Shown here in pieces: positions 1 through 8,813 of a stretch of 64,000 nt of DNA (its first letter is position 1; each line of letters opens with the position of its first letter). Made by a program: the position numbers and the translations under genes. The DNA comes from Hyphomicrobiales bacterium (GTDB lineage Bacteria; Pseudomonadota; Alphaproteobacteria; Rhizobiales; Aestuariivirgaceae), in assembly GCA_031431295.1 (NCBI GenBank), contig JANPDD010000153.1, forward strand, positions 8,151 to 72,150. Reading direction: 5' to 3'. A model generated the notes under the pieces. It had not been told where the DNA came from. It saw only the letters and a list, made by a program, of their open reading frames with translations, and ran no database searches.

Positions 1-919
1 CGCGGGCGCGGGCGAGATAGGCATTTTTCATGGCGGCGGTTTCGGCAAACTCCGTGTCGAGGGCAAAAGCGGCGGCGTCCTCCAAAAAAGGTTGCGAGCC
101 AAACAGCAGCGACTCGGAAACGGGCAACGCCGTGGTCACATAATCGGCCGAAGCTGCAATCCAGCCGCAGCGGAAACCGGGAAGCGCATGGGACTTCGAC
201 AGCGATGAGACAACGATGGTGCGCTCCTCAAGGTCGCTTTCGGAGAACGGCGAATGAAAAACATGGTTGCCATGAACCTGCGAGGCATAAACTTCGTCAG
301 AAATGATCCAGAGATCGTGACGCTTGGCAATGGCACCGATGGCAAGGTTTTCGGCGCGGGTGAACACCGCCCCCGTGGGGTTCGATGGCGAATTGAGCAG
401 GATCGCCCTTGTCCTTGAAGTTACAGCTTTTTCAATGGCCGCAATGTCCGGGTGAAAACCCCGGTCCGGGTCCAGCGGCACGGCCACGGGAACACCACCC
501 GGCGCCGTCACCACCGCTTCATAGGTGGCGTAATAGGGGTCCAGCAGCAGCACCTCATCGCCGGGTTCGAGCAGCGTATAGAAGGCGAGCGACAATGCTG
601 TTTGCGTGCCGGGCAGAAACAGGAACTGGTCCGCGCCGATCATGCGTCCGGTCTGGCGCGTGTAGTACCGGGACAGCGCTTCCAGCACGATGGGCTCGCC
701 GCGACCTGCCGAATAGTGCAGGCGGCCATTCTTCATCTGGCGGGCCGCCACGTCAAGAATGGCTGCAGGCGGGGCGAGGTCAGGCTCGCCAATCGACAGG
801 AAGATCAGTTTTTTGCCCTCGTTGCCGAAACTGGCGGCGCGGCGCTTGCCCTCGATATGGACGGCCCATTTTTCAGAACCAAGGCGGGACAGGCGTTCGG
901 TGACGGCAGCGTATTTCAT
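1..919 (-). CDS. PLP-dependent aminotransferase, class I/II (start in window, C-terminus beyond left edge)
   Basis: Not in ORF track because it runs off the window. Hand translation of minus strand from ATG at 919-917 gives MKYAAVTERLSRLGSEKWAVHIEG...; it contains LLNSPSNPTGAVF and SSLSKSHALPGFRCGW (SxSK PLP-lysine motif). Confidence 0.85.
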   Translation of the reverse strand, partial: MKYAAVTERLSRLGSEKWAVHIEGKRRAASFGNEGKKLIFLSIGEPDLAPPAAILDVAARQMKNGRLHYSAGRGEPIVLEALSRYYTRQTGRMIGADQFLFLPGTQTALSLAFYTLLEPGDEVLLLDPYYATYEAVVTAPGGVPVAVPLDPDRGFHPDIAAIEKAVTSRTRAILLNSPSNPTGAVFTRAENLAIGAIAKRHDLWIISDEVYASQVHGNHVFHSPFSESDLEERTIVVSSLSKSHALPGFRCGWIAASADYVTTALPVSESLLFGSQPFLEDAAAFALDTEFAETAAMKNAYLARAR

Positions 920-954
920 GGTGCTGGTCTGATAGCGGAAGCAAGGTGGCAGCG

Positions 955-3900
955 CTACTCCGGCAGGCGCTCCCTTGCCATGCGGTTGAGGCTCACATAG
1001 TCCGTCTTGCCCGAGCCCAGCGCGGGCAGCACGGCAAGCGTGAAGATATTTCGGGGGATCATCAGGTCCGCCAGCCCCAGGCGCTTCAAGCCTGTTGCTA
1101 TCTCCTTGCGATCGGGCTTCGCCAACGTGGTGAACAGCGCCAGTTGCTCACCCTTCTTCTTGTCGGGGGCGGCGACCACGGCGTGGCTTTCTTCCGGATA
1201 GAGTTCCGAAAGCTTCAATTCGATGGCGTTGAGCGAGATCATTTCACCACCGATCTTGCAGAAGCGCTTGGCCCGCCCCAGGATTGTGATGAAGCGGCGG
1301 GCGTCGACCGACACGATATCGCCCGTATCATACCAGCCATCAGGCGGCGGTTCGAGAACGCCCGGGTTGTCGGCGCGCAAATAGCCCAGCATGATGTTGG
1401 GTCCCTTCACATGGAGGCGGCCTCCTTCCTCGATGCCGGGCACGGCCTCAAGCCTGTATTCCATGCCATCGAGCAGGCGGCCCACGGTTCCGGCGCGGAA
1501 ATGCATGGGCGTGTTGACGGCGATGACGGGCGAACACTCGGTTGCGCCATAACCTTCGAGCACGCGCAGGCCGAAGCGGTCCATCCAGAGCTGGCGGTTC
1601 TCGGGCTTCAAGCGCTCGGCACCCGCCACCACCAGCCGCATGTTGAAGAAATCATAAGGGTGGGCGTTCTTGGCATAGCCCGCAAGGAACGTGTCGGTGC
1701 CGAACAACACGGTGGCACCTGTGTCGTAGCAGAGCTCCGGCACGATTTTGTAGTGCAGCGGTGAGGGATACATGAAGGTCTGGATGCCCGCCATCAACGG
1801 CAGCATCATGCCGCCTGTGAGGCCGAAGGCGTGAAATACGGGAAGGGCGTTGAAAACAATGTCCTGCGGCGTGAAGGCAATGCGCGCCGCCGCCTGCAGG
1901 CGGTTGGCATTGATGTTGCGATGGGACAGCACCACGCCCTTGGGCACGCCTTCGGAGCCCGATGTGAACAGAATGACGGCGGGTGCATGGGGGTCTGTTG
2001 CCGCACCCCTCTTGCGCAGTGACAGGGTGGTGAATGTTTTCGCCACAAGCCCGCGCAGCTTGTCAGCGGTGCCGACACTCCCACGCAGGTCTTCGAGATA
2101 GACGATCCGGCAGCGCCGGGCGAGGAGCTTCAAGTCCTCTTCCATCTCGCCCAGTTCGATGAATTTCCGCGAGGTGATGATGCTGCGCACGTCGGCTGAG
2201 GCGCAAGCCGCCGCCATGTTCACGGCACCTGTCGAGAAATTCAGCATGGCCGGCACGCGGCCATGGGCATGCAGGCCAAAAAACGTGACAACCGTTGCCG
2301 CTGCGTTGGGCAGCAGCACGGCGATGTTCTTTTCACCAGGTGTTGCCGCCGCGATCTTGCGGCCCAGGATGAAGCTGCCTAGCACGATGCGGTCGTAGGT
2401 CAGGGGCTTGCGCTGGATGTCCTCGATGATCCGGGTCTTCCGCCCATGGAGTTTTCGCGCCGCCAGCAGCGATTGCCAGAGGGTCGCATCAATCGGGGCG
2501 GTCTTGAATTGGGAGTCCGTCATCACATCATAGAGATGTTCCGCCTGGTGTTCGCGGAGTGCTGAACCCTTGAGGCCTTCGGGTGCCCTGACCGCGACGG
2601 GGGCCAAGAAGGTGATGGTGATTTTCGGGAACCACACGGTCGGCAATTTTCCGGCAAGGCGCGAAAAAGGTGTGAGGTGCGCGCCATCAATGCGCACCGG
2701 CACCAGGTGGCCGCGTGCCATCTGGGCCACGGCGGCGGGGCCTTCATAGATTTTCATGAGGCCGCCTGTGACGGTGATGCGGCCTTCAGGAAAGATCACC
2801 ACCTTGCGGCCCCGGCGCAACATGTCGACGAGGCTGCGCAGCGCTAGCGGGTTGGCGGGGTCGATGGGGCAGAGGTCAAACAGCGCGAAGGCGGGCTTCA
2901 CCCACCAGCGCCGGGCCATCTGGGTGTTGATGGCAAAGCCCGCACGCTCCGGCAGAAAGGCGGAGAGCAGGGGTCCGTCGAGAAAGGATGTGTGATTGGC
3001 CACGATGAGGGAACGGCGGCCCCGCGCCGTCACATGTTCGAGGCCCCTGACCTCCACCCGGTAGAGAAGCCGGAACAGTGCGCGCGCCACGGCGGCAAGC
3101 GTGTCATGGGGAAGGACGCCGATGATGTAAACCGCCGCCAGAAGGTTGGCAAAACCGAGGGCGAGGAAAAGCCCGCGCGCCGTCAGCCCCGCCGCCAGCA
3201 GAAGCCCGGACAGCACGGTCGCCACGATCATGAACAGGGCGTTCACGATGTTGTTGGCGCCAATGGTGCGGGCGCGCAGGTAGTAGGGTGTTCGCGTCTG
3301 CATCACGGCAAACAGCGGCACCACATAGAGCCCCGCACAAAAGGCAACGGCGGCAAGATCAAAGAGGGTGCGCAGGCCGTGGATGTTGGTCAGCAGTTCT
3401 CCAGGGGTTGCCGTTGCGCCTGCAATGGCCATGGCATTGGCGCTGCCTGCGGCAAAGTAGAGGTCGATCATGAACAGGCTCATGAGCAGGGCCGAGAGCG
3501 GCAGGAACTTCACGCTCACCTTGCCTCCCAAAAGCCTGTTGCAGAAGATGGAGCCTGACGCGATGCCGATTGAAAACAAGGCAAATATCAGTGTTGCAAT
3601 GGTCTCGGTTCCTTTCAGGCTGTCAATGGTGAACAGCGGGATCTGGGTGACAAAGACCACGCCCAGAAACCAGAACCAGGAGATGCCGAAAATGGCGTGC
3701 AGCACGGGCCTGCGGGCGGCTGCCATGGCAATGACATTCCAGGTTTCAGAGAAGATGTTCCAGTTGAGCTTGAGGTCGGGTTGGGCCGAGGGTGCCGCGG
3801 GAATTTGCCGCGCTGTCCAATAGGAGAAGACAGCGATCGCAACCATGACCACGGTCACGAGCTCACGGCCACCCGTGGCGTTGATGGCGATGGTGCCGAA

Positions 3901-4395
3901 GATTGTACCCAGCAGCACGGAGACAAAGGTTGCCATTTCCACCATGCCGTTGCCGCCCAGCAACTCGTCCTTGGTGAGGTGCTGGGGCAGGATCGAATAT
4001 TTGATGGGTCCGAAAAAGGCGGCCTGGGCACCCGCCAGAAAAATGCAGAACTGCTGCAGCGGCACGCTCGTCGTATAGAGTGCAAACACCGAAATGGCGA
4101 CGATGAAGATCTCGATGAATTTGATGCACCTGGCCATGAAGGCCTTGTCAAACTTGTCGGCGAGCTGTCCTGCAAAGGCGGAAAACAGGAAGAAGGGCAG
4201 GATGAACAGGCCCGCCGAGATGGTGTTGAGAACACCACCCTGCTCCTTGCCAAGCGTTGTCAGCAGAATGATGGAAAGGGCAAAACGGTAGGCATTGTCG
4301 TTGAAGGCGCTGAGCGCCTGGGTGACAAAGAGGGGAAGAAACCGCTTTGTTTTCAACAATGCGAATTGGCTTTTGCCAGAATTTTTGCCAGGCAT
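955..4395 (-). CDS. aas: Tri-domain fusion: MFS lysophospholipid transporter (LplT-like) + PlsC-type acyltransferase + acyl-ACP synthetase (Aas-like)
   Basis: 1146-aa ORF. N-terminal ~400 aa are multi-TM MFS-like. NHTSFLDG (HX4D) and FPEGR acyltransferase motifs follow. AMP-binding motif ILFTSGSEGVPKGVVLSHRN and C-terminal adenylate-forming domain. Confidence 0.85.
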   Translation of the reverse strand: MPGKNSGKSQFALLKTKRFLPLFVTQALSAFNDNAYRFALSIILLTTLGKEQGGVLNTISAGLFILPFFLFSAFAGQLADKFDKAFMARCIKFIEIFIVAISVFALYTTSVPLQQFCIFLAGAQAAFFGPIKYSILPQHLTKDELLGGNGMVEMATFVSVLLGTIFGTIAINATGGRELVTVVMVAIAVFSYWTARQIPAAPSAQPDLKLNWNIFSETWNVIAMAAARRPVLHAIFGISWFWFLGVVFVTQIPLFTIDSLKGTETIATLIFALFSIGIASGSIFCNRLLGGKVSVKFLPLSALLMSLFMIDLYFAAGSANAMAIAGATATPGELLTNIHGLRTLFDLAAVAFCAGLYVVPLFAVMQTRTPYYLRARTIGANNIVNALFMIVATVLSGLLLAAGLTARGLFLALGFANLLAAVYIIGVLPHDTLAAVARALFRLLYRVEVRGLEHVTARGRRSLIVANHTSFLDGPLLSAFLPERAGFAINTQMARRWWVKPAFALFDLCPIDPANPLALRSLVDMLRRGRKVVIFPEGRITVTGGLMKIYEGPAAVAQMARGHLVPVRIDGAHLTPFSRLAGKLPTVWFPKITITFLAPVAVRAPEGLKGSALREHQAEHLYDVMTDSQFKTAPIDATLWQSLLAARKLHGRKTRIIEDIQRKPLTYDRIVLGSFILGRKIAAATPGEKNIAVLLPNAAATVVTFFGLHAHGRVPAMLNFSTGAVNMAAACASADVRSIITSRKFIELGEMEEDLKLLARRCRIVYLEDLRGSVGTADKLRGLVAKTFTTLSLRKRGAATDPHAPAVILFTSGSEGVPKGVVLSHRNINANRLQAAARIAFTPQDIVFNALPVFHAFGLTGGMMLPLMAGIQTFMYPSPLHYKIVPELCYDTGATVLFGTDTFLAGYAKNAHPYDFFNMRLVVAGAERLKPENRQLWMDRFGLRVLEGYGATECSPVIAVNTPMHFRAGTVGRLLDGMEYRLEAVPGIEEGGRLHVKGPNIMLGYLRADNPGVLEPPPDGWYDTGDIVSVDARRFITILGRAKRFCKIGGEMISLNAIELKLSELYPEESHAVVAAPDKKKGEQLALFTTLAKPDRKEIATGLKRLGLADLMIPRNIFTLAVLPALGSGKTDYVSLNRMARERLPE

Positions 4396-4431
4396 GTCCG
4401 TCTCCTAGTGCATCGGGCGAGCAGTTGGAAC

Positions 4432-4477
4432 CAACTGCGAAGCGGAAGATGCACCACATTCAATTCTTTATCGCAAC
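4432..4477 (+). repeat. Diverged third copy of the conserved intergenic element seen at 11026 and 60192
   Basis: caactgcgaagcggaagatgcaccacattcaattctttatcgcaac matches 32 of 46 positions, ungapped, against the 11026 copy (hand alignment). Lies in the spacer between the aas start and the HAD gene end. Confidence 0.5.
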
Positions 4478-4522
4478 TTTTCGTACTCAACCGCTACGCA
4501 CTTGAGCGCCCGTTGCGATAGA

Positions 4523-4972
4523 TCAACTGTTCAAGAGGCTCTCTATCAGATTCTTTGTCTCCAGGTGATTGCTGCTGAGGTGGCGCGCACCTGCCGCGGC
4601 AAGTTCTGCCCGCCGCGCCGGACTGGTGGAAAAGCCGATGAAGTGGACGGCATTCCTGAGACCCGCATCCACATCGGTCACGTTGTCACCGACATAGACG
4701 ATGCGGTTGGCTGAACGGCCGGATGCGGCAAGCCGCGCGTGGTAGTCCCCGACGATTTTGGTTTAGTGGATGACGGGAATGCCGTTCGCTGCCATGATCT
4801 CATCGGCAATGTCATCATCATTGCGGATGCGGTAGGAGTTCCAATTGCGCGAGAGCGATGACGGAGGAACCCATGCTTCAAAAGCGCCAAAGAACACATC
4901 CTCTTCGGCTGCCGTCAATTCGAGAAGCACGCCATCGACATCAAAAACAACAGCGCGGTCCTGTGGCATCAC
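4523..4972 (-). pseudogene. HAD-superfamily hydrolase interrupted by an in-frame TAA
   Basis: ORF 4763-4972 carries HAD motif I (VVFDVDGVLLE) and stops at TAA (4765-4763). The same frame continues TKIVGDYHARLAASGRSANRIVYVGDNVTDVDAGLRNAVHFIGF... (HAD motif IV GDxxxD) to TGA at 4525-4523. Confidence 0.7.
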
Positions 4973-6588
4973 GCCTCCACCATGCGCGGCGTCATTTCAA
5001 TGAGGGTGGGGCCATCGGCTTTCAATGCGGTGGCAATGGCCGTGGCCAACGCCTTCAGCGTCTCCGGCCTTTCGGAAGCGCAGCCATAGGCCCTGGCGAG
5101 TGCCTGGAAATCCGGATTGCGCAAGGTGACGGCATTGGGCTGGATGCCTTTCCTCACCATGTCGTCGCGGATCTCGCCCAGCGCGTCATTGTTCCAGAGC
5201 AGGATGATCAGGGGAATGCCCAGTTCCACGGCGGTGCCGATTTCGTTCAGGGTGAACTGGATGCCATAGTCGCCGATCAGTACGGCAACCGGGCATTTTT
5301 TCCCCACGCCGACCTTGGCGCCGATCCCGGCGGGAAGGGCAAATCCAAGTGTCGCAAAACCATTGGGATGATACCACTTGCCCGGAACGTCCATGGGAAA
5401 GTCTTCATTTGCGGCATAGGCAATCTGCGTCATGTCGGAGGCAATCACCGTCTCCCGGGGCAGGCCTTCCCGGATCACCTGCAGGACCTTGCGGAGTGCC
5501 ACCCGCAACGGGCCAAATGTTTCGCTGGCCCGCAGCCTCGCTGCCGTCTCAAGCCCCAGGTTTTTTGTGCTGGCGGAGTTGCGGATGCGTGCAGCCATGA
5601 ATGCGAGTGCGGCCCGGGAATCCGACAGGATCGGGAGGTAAGCCGCATGGGGCCGGACAAGGCTTCCCGGATCGAGGTCGATCCGGATGAGCTTGCCCTT
5701 GATGTCGATGAGGGTGGCATCAATGCGGTAACCGTCCCAGAAGTCTGTCTCGGAGAGTTCCGTCCCCACCGCAAGCACCACATCGCTCTGGGCAATCAGC
5801 TGTTTTGCGCCACTGCGCGACAGGTGGAAGCCCGCCGAAAGGGGATGCGACTCGGGAAAGACGCCTTTCCCCGCAACGGTGGTCATCACGGTTGCGCCAA
5901 TCCGCTCGGCAATGACCAGGGCCTCAGCACTTGCGCCCCTGGCACCGCCGCCCAGGATCATCAGGGGTTGGCGGGCCTCCTCCAACAAACGGGCAGCGCT
6001 TTCCAGGACGTCGTCGGCGCCGCGCGGTATTTTTGGCATCACCCGCGCCTGCCAGCCGGGGCCTGCGGGGGCACTCAGCAGATCGACGGGAATTTCGAGA
6101 TAGCAGGGCCGTGGCCGCGACGTTGCAAAGATGGAGAAGGCCTCGGCAATCGCATCCCTGATGTCTGCTGCTGTCAGGGCCTGGCGGGCAAAGCTCGTGA
6201 CGGCCTGGGCCACCGTCAACTGGCTGCGCATCTCATGCAGGCGGCCCCGGCCCTGGGCGCTGTCGCCGATGTCAAGGCAGGAGGAGACCACCAGCATCGG
6301 GCTTGAATCGGACCAGGCCTGGCCCATGGCTGTCAGAATGTTGGTGAGGCCGGGACCCGTGATCGTAAAGCACACACCGGGCCGGCCCGTGGCCCTGGCG
6401 TAACCATCGGCCATGAACCCTGCCCCCTGCTCGTGGCGGGTGAGGATGTGCCTGATCCCGGAGCGCGGCAGGGCGCGGTACATTTCAACATTGTGAACGC
6501 CCGGAATGCCAAAGATCGTGTCCACGCCATAGGCCTCCAGCAGGCCCACAAGCGCCTCGCCGGCGGAAAGTTCAGGTCTCTGGCTCAT
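4969..6588 (-). CDS. Thiamine-diphosphate-dependent enzyme (acetolactate synthase-like fold; candidate 2-ketoarginine/5-guanidino-2-oxopentanoate decarboxylase AruI-like)
   Basis: 539 aa. N-terminal TPP-pyrimidine domain (GVDTIFGIPGVHNVEMY, HEQGAGFMADGYARATGRPGV) and C-terminal TPP-binding GDYG...NN motif region. ATGA overlaps with both flanking genes. The specific substrate is inferred from neighbours only. Confidence 0.85.
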   Translation of the reverse strand: MSQRPELSAGEALVGLLEAYGVDTIFGIPGVHNVEMYRALPRSGIRHILTRHEQGAGFMADGYARATGRPGVCFTITGPGLTNILTAMGQAWSDSSPMLVVSSCLDIGDSAQGRGRLHEMRSQLTVAQAVTSFARQALTAADIRDAIAEAFSIFATSRPRPCYLEIPVDLLSAPAGPGWQARVMPKIPRGADDVLESAARLLEEARQPLMILGGGARGASAEALVIAERIGATVMTTVAGKGVFPESHPLSAGFHLSRSGAKQLIAQSDVVLAVGTELSETDFWDGYRIDATLIDIKGKLIRIDLDPGSLVRPHAAYLPILSDSRAALAFMAARIRNSASTKNLGLETAARLRASETFGPLRVALRKVLQVIREGLPRETVIASDMTQIAYAANEDFPMDVPGKWYHPNGFATLGFALPAGIGAKVGVGKKCPVAVLIGDYGIQFTLNEIGTAVELGIPLIILLWNNDALGEIRDDMVRKGIQPNAVTLRNPDFQALARAYGCASERPETLKALATAIATALKADGPTLIEMTPRMVEA

Positions 6589-7700
6589 TTGAAAATCCGT
6601 TCTGGTGAAATGTCGGAAAGCTTGAGGCCCCGCGCCACAACGCTGACAGGCAACGCTGTTTCGAGAATGAGCGAGGCCGCCGTTTCGGACAGCGCCGGGC
6701 TTGACTGGATGCCATAGCCGCCCTGGCCCGCGAGCCAGAAAAAACCATCCGCATACGGATCAAATCCGACGACTGGGTTGCCATCGGGGGCGAAGGTGCG
6801 AAGCCCGCCCCAGCGGTGGCCAAGCCTTGTCACGTCAAGCGACGTTGCCTCCTGCAGGCGGGCCACGCCTCTTGCGATCTCCATGTCATCGGCATAGGCG
6901 TCGTGGGGTTCAACCGGTGTGGCATCGGCGGGTGACACGATGAGCTTTCCGCTTTGCGGCTTGCAATACCAGGTTTCCGCCACGTCGAGGGCAAGTGGCC
7001 AGTCCTTGATGGTGTCGGCATTTTCAATCGGGACGGTGGCAACGGAGCGGCGCTTGGGCGTGAGGCCCATGGGCCGCACACCCCCGAGTTTAGCCACCAT
7101 GTCACTCCATGCGCCTGCGGCATTGACCACGACGGGGCTTGCGAAAATGCCGTGTTCGGTTGCCACCTGCCATTGGCCCTGACGAAACAGAAGCCCCTTG
7201 ACCTGGTGGGCGAGGCACAATTCCCCGCCACGCTCCTTGAACTGGCGCAGGTATCCGCGGTGGATGAGGTCAACCTCGAGGTCACCGGTGTTGGGGTCGA
7301 GAAACACCCGCTTGGCATAGTTGCCACGCAGGACCGGGAATATCTCCTGGGCGGCGCGCACCGAGATTTCGGCAAGGCCGCTCGACTTCTCGAGAAGGTC
7401 CGCTGCGTCCGGTTGCTGGTCTTCCGGCATCAGAAAAAGCGTGTCGCGGGGGGTGATCAGGGGTGCGGCGGCAAATCCCCGGGGCGGATCGCGGAAGAAA
7501 TTTTCGGACGCCCGGGTCAGGGCCAGCATGGGCGGGGGGCCGTAGTTGGGTGCGAACATGGCAACCGAGCGGCTGGTGGCATGATAGCCCGGGCGCTCTT
7601 CCATCTCGATGGCGACGACACGCCTGTGCGCCGCGAGGTGGGCCGCAACCGAGGCCCCCGCAATGCCCGCGCCGATCACGATGATGTCGAAAGATCTCAT
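6585..7700 (-). CDS. FAD-dependent amino-acid dehydrogenase/oxidase (DAO family; DauA D-arginine dehydrogenase-like)
   Basis: 371 aa. Rossmann motif IVIGAGIAGAS. DAO-family blocks PGYHATSRS, VNAAGAW, GVRPMGLTPKRRS, FFWLAGQGGYGIQSSP. Confidence 0.8.
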   Translation of the reverse strand: MRSFDIIVIGAGIAGASVAAHLAAHRRVVAIEMEERPGYHATSRSVAMFAPNYGPPPMLALTRASENFFRDPPRGFAAAPLITPRDTLFLMPEDQQPDAADLLEKSSGLAEISVRAAQEIFPVLRGNYAKRVFLDPNTGDLEVDLIHRGYLRQFKERGGELCLAHQVKGLLFRQGQWQVATEHGIFASPVVVNAAGAWSDMVAKLGGVRPMGLTPKRRSVATVPIENADTIKDWPLALDVAETWYCKPQSGKLIVSPADATPVEPHDAYADDMEIARGVARLQEATSLDVTRLGHRWGGLRTFAPDGNPVVGFDPYADGFFWLAGQGGYGIQSSPALSETAASLILETALPVSVVARGLKLSDISPERIFK

Positions 7701-7796
7701 GGGGCCAGGCTAACCCATGGGCAGACATGTTGTCACGCACTGGTGGCTTGAGAGTTGCCGGTGAAATGATAGCCTCCACCTGCAAGGGAGTTTCAC

Positions 7797-8774
7797 ATGC
7801 CAAACCGTTCCGCCTTCAACCAGCCCGTTTCGGGACTTGTGACGCCACGCTTTGGCGGTATCGCAACGTTCTTCCGCCTGCCCCATGTGGCTCTGGCGGA
7901 GGCAAAAGACATTGACATCGGGATCGTCGGCATCCCGTGGGACGGGGGTACCACCAACCGCCCGGGCCCGCGCCATGGACCCCGGCAAATGCGCGACCAG
8001 TCTTCCCTGGTCCGGCGCATGCACCAGACCTCGCATGTCGTTCCCTATGACCTCGCGAATGTCGCGGACCTCGGCGATTGCGCCGTCAATCCTGCCAGTG
8101 CTGATGATACGCTGAAGCGTGTTGAGCAGTATTTTGATGCCCTGGTGGCCAAGGGCATCAGGCCCCTGTCGGCGGGCGGAGATCATTTGTGTTCGCTGCC
8201 GGTGTTGCGCGCCATCGGCAAGAAAAAGCCCGTGGGCATGATCCATTTTGATGCCCACACGGATCTCTATGACGGCTATTTCGGCGGCTTCAAATATACC
8301 CATGGCACACAGTTCAGGCGCGCCATCGAGGAGGGCGTGCTTGATCCCAGGCGCACGATACAGATCGGTTTGCGCGGCTCGATGTATGATCTCGAAGACT
8401 TTGAGTATGGCGAGAAAATGGGCGTGCGCCTCATGCGGATCGAAGAGGCCATGGAACTCGGGCCGCACAAGGTCATGGAAATTGCGCGGCGTGTGGCGGG
8501 AGACGGCGAAACCTATGTGAGCTTTGATATCGACATGCTGGATCCGGTCTATGCGCCAGGAACAGGCACGCCGGAAATCGGCGGCTTCACAAGTTTTCAG
8601 GCCCAGCAGTTGCTGCGCGGCCTAGGTGGTGTGAACATCGTCGGCGCCGATGTGGTGGAGGTGTCGCCGCCCTTCGATCCCTCAGGCCTCACGGCCTATG
8701 CCGGAACGGTGATGATGTTCGAAATTCTCTGCCACATGGCCGAAACTGTGGCGAGGCTGCGCCCGCAGACCTGA
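7797..8774 (+). CDS. Ureohydrolase family (agmatinase / guanidinobutyrase-like)
   Basis: 325 aa. Arginase-fold metal-binding motifs GGDHLCSLP, IHFDAHTDLYD, SFDIDMLDPVYAPGTGTPEIGG. Confidence 0.88.
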   Translation: MPNRSAFNQPVSGLVTPRFGGIATFFRLPHVALAEAKDIDIGIVGIPWDGGTTNRPGPRHGPRQMRDQSSLVRRMHQTSHVVPYDLANVADLGDCAVNPASADDTLKRVEQYFDALVAKGIRPLSAGGDHLCSLPVLRAIGKKKPVGMIHFDAHTDLYDGYFGGFKYTHGTQFRRAIEEGVLDPRRTIQIGLRGSMYDLEDFEYGEKMGVRLMRIEEAMELGPHKVMEIARRVAGDGETYVSFDIDMLDPVYAPGTGTPEIGGFTSFQAQQLLRGLGGVNIVGADVVEVSPPFDPSGLTAYAGTVMMFEILCHMAETVARLRPQT

Positions 8775-8813
8775 ACACTCCGGTGTCGCTTTCGCTGAAT
8801 TCCAATCCCGCAG

